Of a stretch of DNA of 64,000 bases, positions 24,218 to 36,153 are shown piece by piece (within the stretch, counting starts at the first letter, position 1; every line of letters starts with the position of its first letter). Origin of the DNA: Macrostomum lignano (taxonomy: Eukaryota); NCBI GenBank assembly GCA_002269645.1, contig NIVC01000195.1, forward strand, positions 372,001 to 436,000, written 5' to 3'. The notes under the pieces are model-generated. The model worked only from the letters and a program-made list of their open reading frames with translations. It made no database searches and had not been told where the DNA came from. The position numbers and the translations under genes were made by a program.

Positions 24218-26543
24218 ATGAGACTTTTAGCTCAGCGCCTTCTGCAGCTCGCCTCGCTCATCGCAGCGGCGGCTGCGGCATTGAGTCTCGCCAGCCACTT
24301 GTTCTCCCGCTACGGCCCGGTGCGCCTCCTCTCCGTTGCTCAGCTGATGGATTCAAAAGTCCGAAGTTCAAAGTCGGAGGGCAGCGGCTCAGCTGCGAGC
24401 TGGGCCGATCGCGGCACTGCAGGAGTCCGGCTGATTCACAAAGACGTGCAGCTGCCTACGGTCTGCTCGAACCTCACCTGCAAGGAGGCCTACGTCAGGC
24501 ACCTGCTGGAGGCAGGCAGGCGCGAGCACCCGATCCCGCCGGTGCGCCACCTGCTGTGGAAGAGCGAAAATGTTTCCGCTTATTTTGCTAAGCAGCTGCG
24601 CACCTGGCGCCAGGTGCACCCCGACTGGACCGTGGTGCTCTGGAGAGACCAGGACTTGAAGCCCTTTGTTAGGAAGCACTTCCCCGCTGCGGTTCGTCGT
24701 TTCCTAGAGCTGGATAGTTCTCCCATCATGCAGGTGGACATGATTAGGTACATGCTGCTCTTCAAGGTAAGTCGTGAGTCCGATGCTCCAACCACTAGGC
24801 TAACTGGACCCCCCCTCTGAAGGTGGGGGGTTCGATTCCCGATCCCACTGGAACAATCTGTGTCCTTGAGCAAGATTCTTAACTCTGCATTGCTTCAGTT
24901 TACACTGCTGTAAATTGGGTGCCAGCATTAGCTGGGTGATTGAGGGTGTGTGTGGCGATCCCCCAACCCCCCCCCCCTCAAGCCTTGGTGCACGTATAAT
25001 CAATTAATATTATTATATATTCAATGTAAACAGCCGGTTTGACTGTGATTCTATTAGAAAAATATTATGATCACGTTGAGCAGCTTTGAGTTAGTCGCTT
25101 AATCGGGATTGGAAGATCGCAGATCTGGGGCCAGGGTGGCGATCAATATGCTGATCTTAGTGATCTACAGACAGCCTGCAATGACTCACAGCTTTGAAAA
25201 TTTGTAAGAGAGGGTCGGTGTTGAACAGCTTTGGCATTGAAGCCTCTTCGAAGCAAAAACAACCAAAAGCCCGTCACTAGCTACTGCGTGGCAGCACAAA
25301 GGCAAAACAAAAACCGCGAGCTCTCCTACTTACAGTACGGCGGAGTGTACGCCGACCTCGACTACAGCCTGGTGGCCAGTCTGGACGAGTACCGCCGCTT
25401 CTACGCGGTGATAACACGCGAGCCGGAGGTGCACTCGCTGCAGAACTTCGGCTTCCAGTGGCCGCCGAGGCCCTTCGCCAGCCCAGCCTTCATGATGTCG
25501 GCGCCGGGCCACAGCTTCTTCCGGTACAGTCTGGAGAGTCTGCAGAAGAAGCCGTTTGTGAAGAATCAGCCGCCCACATTCGCTGGACCGTATGCGCTCT
25601 CGTACTTGCTGGAGGACTACTTGCGGGACTTCCCGGTGGCCAACTCGGCAATGGAGACTGTGTACCTGCCGCCCTCCTACAGCTTCCACCCGTACGAGGA
25701 CAACCGGCTGAACACCTCGGGCAGCGCCTACACGCAGCAGCGGGTGGACTCCATGCGGAACGCCTGCCGGGGTGTCAGGCCGAACTGGGCCGAGCAGCTC
25801 AAAAAGTGAGCTGATTTTTCAGCTGTAACTTTCCGCTTTTGCTGGTCTTGTTGCCGAGTGTAGGGTTCGGGGGCAGCGGGTTCGGAGTGTCCCAGTCTGG
25901 GGCAGCGGGTTCGGAGTGTCCCAGTCTGGGGCAGCGGGTTCGGAGTGTCCCAGTCTGTGGCAGCGGGTTCGGAGTGTCCCAGTCTGGGGCAGCGGGTTCG
26001 GAGTGTCCCAGTCTGGGGCAGCGGGTTCGGAGTGTCCCAGTCTGTGGCAGCGGGTTCGGAGTGTCCCAGTCTGGGGCAACGGGTTCGGGTGTCCCAGTCT
26101 GTGGCAGCGGGTTCGGAGTGTCCCAGTCTGGGGCAGCGGGTTCGGAGTGTCCCAGTCTGGGGCAACGGGTTCGAGTGTCCCAGTCTGGGGCAACGGGTTC
26201 GGGTGTCCCAGTCTGGGGCAGCGGGTTTGTGAATAAGCAAGACCAACTCGAATCACTCGTTGAACTTGGATGTAGATCTCCGATGAACTGGTTTACATGC
26301 ATCAGAATCGCCTACATGGCAAGAAGCAACACTGCTCAGCACCCCCTCCTGCGCAGGTACTGCAAGGACCCGAACAACATGGACCCCATCACGGACCGGA
26401 CCCAGCCTGTTGTGGCCGTGCACGACTTGAAGAAATCTGGCGCGGTGTACGACGGCGTCGGCACCAAGTTCTACTTTGAGAATGCGGAGCCCATCAGGAA
26501 GGCGGTGGGAGCCCAGCTGCAGCTGGGCCGGGACTGGCTCTGA
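24218..26543 (+). CDS. Glycosyltransferase family 32 (DXD sugar-binding; SUR1/OCH1/A4GALT-like), type II membrane; exons 24218-24766, 25336-25805, 26276-26543
   Basis: N-terminal hydrophobic anchor; IPPVRHLLWKSE, TWRQVHPDWTVVLWRD, DMIRYMLLFK|YGGVYADLD, FMMSAPGHSFF, TFAGPYAL, VAVHDLKKS; phases 0,2 consistent. Confidence 0.88.
24796..24990 (+). mobile_element. tRNA-derived SINE remnant with CORE(MIR)-like domain in GT32 intron 1
   Basis: Box A-like TAGGCTAACTGG (24796), box B GGTTCGATTCC (~24829), then TGTGTCCTTGAGCAAGATTCTTAACTCT...CTTCAGTTT...CTGTAAATTGGG resembling the MIR core; 3' limit approximate. Confidence 0.62.
25863..26227. repeat. Intronic minisatellite, 29-bp unit (GGGGCAGCGGGTTCGGAGTGTCCCAGTCT), ~12 copies, GT32 intron 2
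   Basis: Tandem periodicity between donor 25806 and acceptor 26275. Confidence 0.95.
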
Positions 26544-26795
26544 CCCGCTGCTCAGCACTGAACTGAGCTCGTTAATTTGATTGACATTCTGACAAAATAA
26601 ATTCATCAGTCCGTCAGAGTCAAACTTTCATTTGTTTGTTATCAACATGATGACAGTTTATCAGCATTTAGTGAAACTTTTATTAGCGATTCGTAGTTTA
26701 ACAGTTTATTATACAGCTGTTAATGATGCTCTGGGCCGATGGGTAATGCCGTGTTGCTAAGTACAGCGGGGTCAACCTGCACTCAGACAGCTCGC

Positions 26796-28604
26796 TCAGC
26801 TGTAGTTGACGCGGAAGCTGACGTGGGAGGCGCACAGGGTGGTCAGCAGCTCCAGCAGCTCGGCCAGCGAGATCACGGAGGACCCCATCCAGAGGCCGAG
26901 GATGCCGCCGAGATGTGACAGCAGGTCCACGGTGGAGTAGCTGCGCTCCTCCGCGATGTACACCACGCTGAGGCTGAATGGGTACACCTGCACCCTTAAG
27001 AAGTGCCTGGAGATGAACTTCTGCACCTGCAGGCAGTGCGACTCGTTCGCGAACCTCCTGCTGCTGTCCATGCGGGTGCAGTCGCCGGGCCGCAGCCGCC
27101 GGGCCCGCACGGCCCTCACCACAGCGGGCAGGCGGGCATCGGGCAGGCTGGAGTTGCCGAACTGCTTCAGGTACGAGTCCAGGATGCCCGAGAAGGTCTG
27201 GAAGATCAGCCTGGCGTCGTAACGGCCGTGCAGGTGGCTGGCGGAGTCGGGCAGCTCGGAAGTGAAGATCTGAAACTGGTAGCTCGATGAGGAGCACTGG
27301 TCCTCTGCGTGCTCAGCCTCCTGCACCAGCTGCTCGGCCAGTCTCAGGTGGCAGCGCAGCGACTCCCAGTTGCTCCACAGGTCCGGCATGTTGAGCCTGA
27401 CAAGCTCCCTGCAGGCTGAGAAGTTCGCTGCCTTGAGCAGCCCACCGCACAGGTCGCTGATTCTCCGCTGGAATCTTCGGAAGCCGCCGCTCTGAGCGTC
27501 GAAGAGGTCGGCGCAGTGCCGTCCCGGCCTCAGGTGCGTCGGCAGGCCGACGGGGCCGGTGGGGAGGCAGCCGCACCTGGCCTGCACCTGCGCCGCCTCC
27601 TGCCACTCCAGCCGGTCCGCCAGGCTGGTCTTGTAGGTCCTCACCGTGGGCACCAGCGGGTCCCGAACGGAGAACTCCGAGGCCTCCTCGCACGGTCTTT
27701 GCGGCGTGTTGAGCAGCTGAGTTCGCACTTCCCGGAGCCCGATCTTCGTCTCGTGGCTGGTGGCAGCCATGATGGAGTCCTCGCTCACCCTCGGCATCGA
27801 GTCGGGCTCGTGCGCCGTCACCAGCACCCCGTTCGTCTCCAGACCCGTATCCGTTGAGCCGTCCAGCATCGCCGGGTCGCTCCAGTTGCGGAAGTGCGGG
27901 TCGGAGGCTGGCGAGTACATGATGAGGCTCAGGCCATCGTGCGGCCTCTCCTGGCTGCCCTCGGGGCGGAAGGTGAAGCAGTTGCCGTACTGCCGGTGGT
28001 AAAAGGCCGAGAACTGCGAGGGCTGGCACAGCGAGTCGCAGAACTTGCACTGGATCAGCAGGTCCTGCACGGACAGCCCCAGGGCGGTGGCGTTTCCAAG
28101 AAAGTGCAGCCCCGGCACCGACTTGGGCAGCTCGAAGACGCCGTGCGAGAGCGTCAGGAAGCTGCTGAGGTCCGGGATTCGCTTCAGCGCGTCGGGGTAG
28201 CCCGCCCTGAAGAAGCGCATCTGCCAGGCCTCGCACACGGTCACGCTGGGGAATCTGAAGTCGTTGAGGATCTCCCGCGTTGAGGACTGCAGTGGGAACT
28301 TGTAGTACTCAGACACCTGCTGGAACACGTGCAGGCCCAGGCAGCTCAGCATCACGGCCAGGACCGCCGCCCACGCGACGCCGCAGGGCGTTGAGCCCAC
28401 GTGCCACAGGCCGTGGATTGCCGCGGTGTCCAGGAACTTCGCCACCGTCCGCCTGCGATGGCGGGACAGCGCCAGCTGGCGGCACTTGGCGCCACCGACG
28501 GAGGCTGGCGCGGCTGGGGCGCGGGACGGCCTCGGGGATGCCTGGGCCGCCGCCGACTCCTCCCGCAGCACCCACACAGGCGGCTCCTCCAGCGGGATCT
28601 GCAT
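26796..28604 (-). CDS. DEG/ENaC (amiloride-sensitive sodium channel) family subunit, intronless, 602 aa
   Basis: Pre-M1 FLDTAAIHG, TM1, FPSVTVC, YGNCFTF, cysteine-rich ectodomain, EERSYSTVDLLSHLGGILGLWMGSSVISLAELLE TM2 signature. Confidence 0.93.
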   Translation of the reverse strand: MQIPLEEPPVWVLREESAAAQASPRPSRAPAAPASVGGAKCRQLALSRHRRRTVAKFLDTAAIHGLWHVGSTPCGVAWAAVLAVMLSCLGLHVFQQVSEYYKFPLQSSTREILNDFRFPSVTVCEAWQMRFFRAGYPDALKRIPDLSSFLTLSHGVFELPKSVPGLHFLGNATALGLSVQDLLIQCKFCDSLCQPSQFSAFYHRQYGNCFTFRPEGSQERPHDGLSLIMYSPASDPHFRNWSDPAMLDGSTDTGLETNGVLVTAHEPDSMPRVSEDSIMAATSHETKIGLREVRTQLLNTPQRPCEEASEFSVRDPLVPTVRTYKTSLADRLEWQEAAQVQARCGCLPTGPVGLPTHLRPGRHCADLFDAQSGGFRRFQRRISDLCGGLLKAANFSACRELVRLNMPDLWSNWESLRCHLRLAEQLVQEAEHAEDQCSSSSYQFQIFTSELPDSASHLHGRYDARLIFQTFSGILDSYLKQFGNSSLPDARLPAVVRAVRARRLRPGDCTRMDSSRRFANESHCLQVQKFISRHFLRVQVYPFSLSVVYIAEERSYSTVDLLSHLGGILGLWMGSSVISLAELLELLTTLCASHVSFRVNYS

Positions 28605-29836
28605 GGCAAGGCTGAGTGCGGGCCGTTGCGGTCTCAGCTAATGCCTGAAATACCCTCAGTTGGCATGTGCCTCCCGCCCGGGGATTTCCTGATTTGCTTG
28701 TTAGTCCTGCACCGGTCTCACTCCCAACCGCCTCCGCCAATCCCAAGGGACGCCAGACCTGTCGATCCAACTGACAGGCAAAGTTTGCCCCGGTGCGGCA
28801 CACAAACCCTGCGACCGTGCCGCCCGCCCCGCCCCAGAATTAATTGACGCCCGCGGGCCTCCCGCGCCAGGCAGTGGAACTCATTCCTTTCCCGCCCGCC
28901 ACAGCAGCAGCTGCGGGAAAGGACCCGGCAGCGGGACAAAGGAGCCGGGAAGCGGGGTGGAGCCGGTGGAAGCCGGCAGAGACCGACTCGGCTTCCGGAC
29001 TGAAGTGGAGGAAGCGCGGGACTCGCAGCAGCTGATCAATGCAGAGAAGCCTCTGCTACAATTGCTGCAGCCTGGCTGAGCCGCAGCAGAATGCAATTAG
29101 GGAAATCGATACACCCCAGATCAAGAGATCCAAAAACACGAGAAACACAAAATTGCGGCTGGAATTTTTCGCTATTTATTTTAGTGCGGTTGGTTGGTCT
29201 GAGTTTTTAAAGTTAAATAGCCGCAGTATTGATAAATATATTTGCGATGATAGAATTCGCATCAAAGTGCAACAGCGGCTACATCGAACAGGAGGAATTT
29301 CCGTATCTGCTGTAAATTTCCAAGGTGGCCTGGCACGCAAAACGGTTCCTGCGGTGCGGTCACGAAATTTTGGATAAATATTTGTACTGTGCAAAAATGT
29401 AAAACAATGCGCGCAGCTAGCTACTTAAAATAAGTAGATATGGAAGAGCATTCGAATAAAATTTCGTTGGTGTTGAATAACTTGAAAATGTTAAAAGTAC
29501 ATTTAGAAGGGAATTAATGAACTATCAATAGCGAATAAAAACTGGTAAACACCTGGAATGTGACAAAAGGATAGAAATTGATGTTGAAAAAATCAGTCAC
29601 TGAAAATATTTCTTACAAGTCTCAAAATGGGATTGGAGATAATGACAAAGCAGAAATTAAGAAAACAAAGCAGTTGGTACAGAACTGCGAGTTCAATCAA
29701 ATAGACGGTCTTGATAAGCCAAAGCTTGCCGTTTACAACAGGATCAAAAACTTTATAGAACAGTAAAATAATGGAAGCAGTGTCGCTTTCAATTGGTCCA
29801 GAAGCAGTTGACGAACTGGCTTTGTGAGAGTTAGGA

Positions 29837-30444
29837 ATGGGGAGTGATTCTCATGGGGTGGAGGGGGAGTGATTCTCAAGTAGTCGTGGGGGAGTGATTC
29901 TCATGGGGTGGTGGGGGAGTGATTCTCATGGGTGGTGGGGAGTGATTCTCATGTAGTGGTGGGGGAGTGATTCTCATGGGGCTGTGGGAAAGTGATTCTC
30001 ATGGGGCTGTGGGGGAGTGATTCTCATGGGGCTGTGGGGGAGTGATTCTCATGGGGCTGTGGGAAAGTGATTCTCATGGGGCTGTGGGGGAGTGATTCTC
30101 ATGGGGTGGAAGGGAGTGGTTCTCATGGGGCTGTGGGGAGTGATTCTCATGGGGCTGTGGGGAGTGATTCTCATGGGGCTGTGGGAAAGTGATTCTCATG
30201 GGGCTGTGGGGGAGTGATTCTCATGGGGCGGTGGGAAAGTGATTCTCATGGGGCTGTGGGGGAGTGATTCTCATGGGGCGGTGGGAAAGTGATTCTCATG
30301 GGGTGGTGGGGTGATTCTCATGGGGTGGAAGGGAGTGATTCTCATGGGGCTGTGGGGGAGTGATTCTCATGGGGCGGTGGGAAAGTGATTCTCATGGGGT
30401 GGTGGGGTGATTCTCATGGGGTGGAAGGGAGTGATTCTCATGAG
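29837..30444. repeat. G-rich minisatellite, ~25-bp unit (AGTGATTCTCATGGGGCTGTGGGGG), ~24 copies
   Basis: Tandem GTGATTCTCATGGGG motif, downstream of the claudin stop. Confidence 0.94.
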
Positions 30445-30583
30445 GCTGTTTACAAAAAGTTCAGTTTTTCAATGATTCCAAAATAGCAAGTAAAGGCCCC
30501 ATTAACGGCAGAACAAAGCACCCGAATCCACAGGCGGTCAGTACCCGGCCAGTGCCTTAACCGGACACTCTCGGCCAGGTTAA

Positions 30584-33368
30584 TCAATAAGCGCCGCTCC
30601 GGTAGCCGCCGCCGCCCACGGCAGCGCCCTGCGAGTAGCCGCTGTGCAGGGACATGGTGTGCTGGCCCTGACCGCGGGCCGTTCCGGCCGCGTACACCGA
30701 GCCTGCGGCCGACATCGCTGGCGGCTGGGCGCCCGGCTGCAGATAGGCGAAGCCGGACTGGCCGTCCTGCCTATGAATTCGATTGACAGGGCGGTTGGGA
30801 GCGATTGCAGCTACTTGCATCAGTAGTATCAGGCTTATTAATGGGTTAAGAATGTAAATCATTGTGTATATCTTTTTGACGGTCCAGCGCGTTTCCTGCG
30901 CATCAGACTGGTTTGGGACCAGCCTACCGAGTATCTGGGATGGAGCAGCCTACCGAGTATCTGGGATGGAGCAGCCTATCGAGTATCTGGGATGGAGCAG
31001 CCTACCGAGTATCTGGGATGGAGCAGACCACTAAAAAGCAATAGGCCTGAGAGTCCCGCTCACCTGTTGTCATCCTCCTTGTCATTCTTGTACACCATGT
31101 AGAGGAACACGCAGGAGATGGCGCTGAAGAAGCAGGACAGCACAGCGAAGGCATAGGACCAGGACAGGTGATTGTGGTCAGGCCGGGGCATCCAATCGCG
31201 GTCCTCCACCTTAACGCCAAACACAATGACGCTGATGCAGAGGAACACACAGGCCGTGCCCTGCGTGCCACAGCAGATGGCAGACTCAGCAGAGCGGGTG
31301 CCAATGATGAGGAAGTGGAACAGGGAGCATAGTAGGCTAACGCAGTGGCAGATGAAAGCCAGGCCACACATGGCCTGCACAGCAATCAACCATGGTGGGT
31401 CAATCCATTCCCAGATGCCCTTGTTCCACAGGTTCCAGTCAAATATCCAATAGCAGCCTGTCCATTCTATGCCAAAGTTGTCCTAAATAGGAACAAGGTA
31501 GGACTGTTTTGAAATTGAGCTTATAACAAATATTATATTTAAAAGCAAAAATGATTTTAGCAAGTCTATATTTAGAGAAAAAAGTTGTCAATTTTGCTCT
31601 GATTAATGAATACATTGGCCATGTCACCATTTGGCTTATTTTTAGACCAAAAATGTGACTTACTTGTAAAAAAACTTTAGAGAAAAAAAATGCAATTTTA
31701 GATAACTAGAAAGTAACTATGTCTTATTAAGGCTAAATGCCTCATTATCTAATTATTACTACATCTATATTTTTCAGGTAGGCATTTTTGTGACTTACCT
31801 TAGCTAGGCCTTTTGCTAGCTAGCTATATTGGCTAGGTGTAGATGTTATACATGTATAAACAGTGTTGGGCACCAGTCCGTTAATAAGCATTAATCCATT
31901 AATAAGCATTAATAAACATTAAGATTTTTCATTGACATTAATGGACTGCCATTAAAAATTTTTTGAACTAACGGATTAACAAATTTGCATTAATAATTTT
32001 ATGAGTTAACAACAAATTCATTGTTAATGTTAATGGCAATATCAATGACCAAAGACACAAAGAAAGAACAAAAATATAAGTCTGAAGACAAGCTACAACT
32101 GGATGTATTTGAATTTACCTAAATGTCCAATAAATCTCTTAATGATGATCGTGCAAAGTAACAATTTCTTACTGATGAACTTTAATAATGAATTACGCTC
32201 GTAAAATTGTGAACTTTTTTGCTTGCATATGAGCATAGATTGCTTTGATTCACTTCTTTCCCAATATTTATTTGTAACTTTCTGTTGCACCTACTAATGC
32301 TACTAAAACAACCTTTGTATTTGTATTTTATTATTAACTAATTAGCTTTCAAGTTTTAAATAAAGAAGTCACTTCTTTTACTGTATGCTTACTTTTAATA
32401 GTATTATACATATAAGTTTTTAAAATATATTATTTATTACTTTTTAGCTTGTAAATCAGTTAGATGACCTTTGTGTTTTGCTAAAAGGCGGAAAAGCAAA
32501 GATAGTGCATTGCAGAATGATTAACACTTATTAATGACTATGAATTAATTTTCAGTTAACTTAATAAAATTAAAAGTTGATAAGTTAAGATTTTCTTGTT
32601 TTAACGCTAATACTTTTGCCATTAACAGAACAGATTGTCATTAATGGTGCCCAACACTGTGTATAAAGATAGCTGAGTGATTCCAAAGATTGCATTTATA
32701 TATGGCCCAATAGTCTAGAAGGTGGCCTTTATACCAGAAAATTCCAGTATTTTTTTTGCCCCTCACTGACAATCTTGGCATTTTGAATTTTCAAATCCAA
32801 CATTAATATATACAGTTGGCATACAAAAATGGCCCAACCAAGTTCAGGTTTAGCGTTTATGATGTAGCTAAATATCAGTCAAAGAAAACTTTTCTTAAAA
32901 TAAAGGAAACAAAAAATAAGAATGCAACTTAGCTTATATTATAAAGAAAACTAAAGTAAAACAAAAATAAGTTTCTAAAGAAAGACACATTAATTGCTTA
33001 AAGTTTAGTAAAACTCTTTTATTACAGTTTTAAAACTCTTAAAACAGGCTTACTGACTTTCAGACCAGCATTAGGTTATAGGCCCTTAATCCAACAAATT
33101 TATAGACAATGTGTACTTTCTTAGCTTAATAGTTATATTTCAAACTTACCTTTGGGTGGACGAATTTATCAAAGCAAACCGACCAGAGTCCAAGTTTTAG
33201 GAAAGGATTTTTTGTATCTGGATAGGATTCAAGCCAGTAGGGGCTGCAAAACGCCAGAAAATGTAGCAGAATGCTAGCCAGGGTTGTTGCAAAGGCGCCA
33301 TAGAAGGGCAAATCATAGATAGGATTTCCTTGTAACTTATCTGGCTTTTTAGGATTTGTTGAAATCAT
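30584..33368 (-). CDS. Invertebrate claudin / PMP22-claudin family (Kune-kune/Sinuous-like); exons 33368-33150, 31482-31064, 30770-30584
   Basis: W-GLW-C-C signature (PYWLES...LGLWSVCF...GCYWIF), PPWLIAVQA, DRDWMPRPDHNHLSWSYAFAV; four hydrophobic segments; phases 0,2 consistent; last acceptor less certain. Confidence 0.87.
30922..31026. repeat. Intronic minisatellite, 26-bp unit x4 (CTACCGAGTATCTGGGATGGAGCAGC), claudin intron 2
   Basis: Four tandem copies. Confidence 0.9.
31861..32659. mobile_element. Non-autonomous hAT element (MITE), 799 bp, claudin intron 1
   Basis: Perfect 15-bp TIR CAGTGTTGGGCACCA / TGGTGCCCAACACTG and perfect 8-bp TSD TGTATAAA (31853-31860, 32660-32667); CATTAA subterminal repeats. 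Confidence 0.88.
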
Positions 33369-34290
33369 CTTTCGATGGTTTCAGCAAAAAAGAACTACTA
33401 GCTAATATTTTTCTTTTAGTACCTCTAAACGAATTTATATTTTAAAACTACAGATACACAACGACCAAAACAATCAGTAAAACCTGAAAAAAATCAATGC
33501 GGAATCACTGGATTTAAATTCCTACCTTGTTCCGGGGTACAAGACGATAAAATCAAAGTTAATGAACTAAAACTTTACTTAGCATAGGTTTACGCGAAAA
33601 ATTGAATGAAGCGTTTATTTAAGGTTCATTATTATTAATTTATTTGTTCTCTATTTTCAAGCAACACACGTTTTAAAAATTTTATTATTTTAAAATTTTC
33701 AGTCAGTTCATTCGAGGCTCTAATAACGGAGTGTAATAATTATGTAGTAGAAGGCCTAGTACACTTATTTTTGTGCACTATTTGTAGAAGTAGTAAAATT
33801 AATATGAAACACTGTTTCATCTACGTTATCTTAACAGTAAAATTTGATAGTCAAAGTGACTTAACAGTCCACTACACTGCAGTTATGACAAAGTTGACTG
33901 ACATGCTAAAGCCAAGCGAAGCCACGTTGCCCATTTGTTGGCCAACTCTGTAAAGTTGTCTAGTTGATATGCATGAAAATGATTGAATTGGACCTCGGGC
34001 ATAAATCGGGACTACGTCTACTCTAAGGCATTGGGGCAGATTTTGAGCCCGAGTTTTGGGAAATTGGGGCAGGAAGTTATATTCCCATCTTCAATAGTTC
34101 AATATATTCCAGAATCCAATGCATGTGCAGCATGTGTGCCATAATCCTAACTGTGTTAGGAATCATAAATTTGTCTCTTTTGGGTAGGGGTTTTAGTTGG
34201 TGCTGTGGCTGTGCTGATTTTAAATCAAAGCTTCATTTTTATAGGCCTATAGCTTCAATCCAACTATATTATAAAGGTCCTAGCTATTTA

Positions 34291-35485
34291 CATAGGCGTA
34301 GGAGTGGGGGGGACAGTGGGGCCATGCCCCCTCACTTTTTAAAATTGGGGGGTCAGTAATAGTATCTGGCCCCTCTATATTTTATATGCAAAATGTAGAC
34401 TTGCTTATTTTTTACTCTTTTTTTTTGTTGCTTTGCATAAATGTTTTTTGCTATAGGGTGACAAAATGTGGCACCTGCAATGCTAAAATGGGTGCCTGTG
34501 GTGCTAAAATAGGTGCTTGCAATGGCTATCCTTCAGTTTCATTTGTTTAATTATTTTCAGAGTCTTATATTATTTTTTACCCCTTTTTCAGCATGGCGGG
34601 TCGCCTATCTACTCCGACGATGATTGTCGCGACAAAATAAGACTATCAAATTATTTGGTGGCCCTGAAAAGGGCCGTTTTATCGTTCAGGTACAATTACT
34701 GTACACTAGCTGCAAAGACTGTTCAGGCAGGGTAGTAGTGGCTCACCCAGTATAGGAAGTCCACCAGTTGGGTTAGCTGCAGGTGGCTACGCTCAAAGAA
34801 TAAGCCCTTCCTGATGGACTCCTGAGCGCGGCAGTCCTTGCAGGCCCAGGCCCAGCCATCAATGTAATGATCACCTTGACAACATTGAAGCCGCATTTGG
34901 GGTGTCGTAGGGCAGTTGTTGTTGTGGCACTGGTGCTCATTGGGCAGTAGCCGGTACTTTGCCAGCCAGTGCATTACAGATTGCGTGTCAGCAATCAGGA
35001 TAGTGAGGTCACGCATCTTCATAAATGGAAGATCGCATAGGTTAGTCGTTGGCCTGACCTCAGCCAGAGGGACAATCATTGTCGGAGCAGATGGGTGACC
35101 CGCCATGTTGAAAAAGGGGTAAAAATAATATTAGACTCTGAAAATAATTAAATGAACGAAACTGAAGGATAGCCCTTGCAATGCTAAAATGTGTGCTTGC
35201 AGTGCTAAAATGAGTGCTTGTGGCACTAAAATGGGTGCTTGAGGTGCTAAACTGAGTGCCTGTAGTGCTAAAATAGGGACTGTGGCACTAAAATGAGGGT
35301 CTGCAGCACTAAAATAAGTGTTGACAACATCAATTCTAAAAATAATTGGTACATAATAATGTATATTTTCCATATAAAAAAATGGAATAATCTAATAATA
35401 AAAGGGGATGTACACCTTGTGTATCCCCCTCTAAATCTGCCACTGAACCTGGCCCCCTAATTTTTGAAACATTCCTATGCCTATG
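34291..35485. mobile_element. Older non-autonomous TIR element hosting the Merlin insertion
   Basis: Near-perfect 13-bp inverted ends CATAGGCGTAGGA / TCCTATGCCTATG with G/C-run subtermini; internal 21-bp repeat GTGCTAAAATGGGTGCTTGCA at ~34470-34523 and 35175-35320; no TSD recognised. Confidence 0.5.
34524..35174 (-). mobile_element. Non-autonomous Merlin (IS1595/ISXO2-like) DNA transposon, 651 bp, with N-terminal transposase fragment (34723-35106)
   Basis: ~104-bp TIRs starting GGCTATCC, perfect 8-bp TSD CTTGCAAT; ORF has LL...C..C...M.L......DG..W.C..C...SIRKG.FFERSHL.L zinc-ribbon pattern of Merlin/IS1595 transposases; DDE domain missing. Confidence 0.85.
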
Positions 35486-36153
35486 CTAGGCGCTAGCTAA
35501 ATTAAAGCTAACCATTATTGAGGCATAGGAAGTATTTTAACTAGAAGTATCTTATATATCTAAAGTTCAAGAAGTCTAGATGGATTAATATAAAAATGTA
35601 ATAAATAAACAAGTTATAAATTTATTCAATGTGTAGCTTTAAATAAAATTTTTATTTATTAAATTTCAATAACATATCGGTCCATCCATGAAAACAGTGG
35701 CTTTATTATTTTAGGTTAACATTACAAATATATAAAGTATACATTAATTTTTACTATCTTCCTATTGGCCTTAGCTTAACCTTCTAACAACTATCCACCT
35801 ATAGATAATGGAGCCCTATATATGAATTTCAGTACATTGTTATAATTGTTTAAAGGCAGAGGATTTATAATAGCAAAGAAAAGATTAAGGCCCTTATTTG
35901 TAATAGCAATGCTATAACAATGTTTTTAATTTCAAGCATTAGTTGTGACTCAAAGGGAAACAAAAAGGCAAAAAAGACAACAAAAGAAAAGGAAAAGAAA
36001 AAATATACAAAAAAGGAAATCCAATGAATTAGGTTGAATTTTTTGTACATATTACTCGTAATAGATCTCTTTCAAAGTTTCTGTCTGATCCCAAACCTCC
36101 TAAGGATTTGCTAATCTATTTAGTAACTTATGGAATCATTAGTTCTCTTAACA

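Noticed and set aside
24796-24870. tRNA gene
   Set aside because: Box B present but A-B spacing is too short, no cloverleaf can be built, and it continues into SINE core sequence
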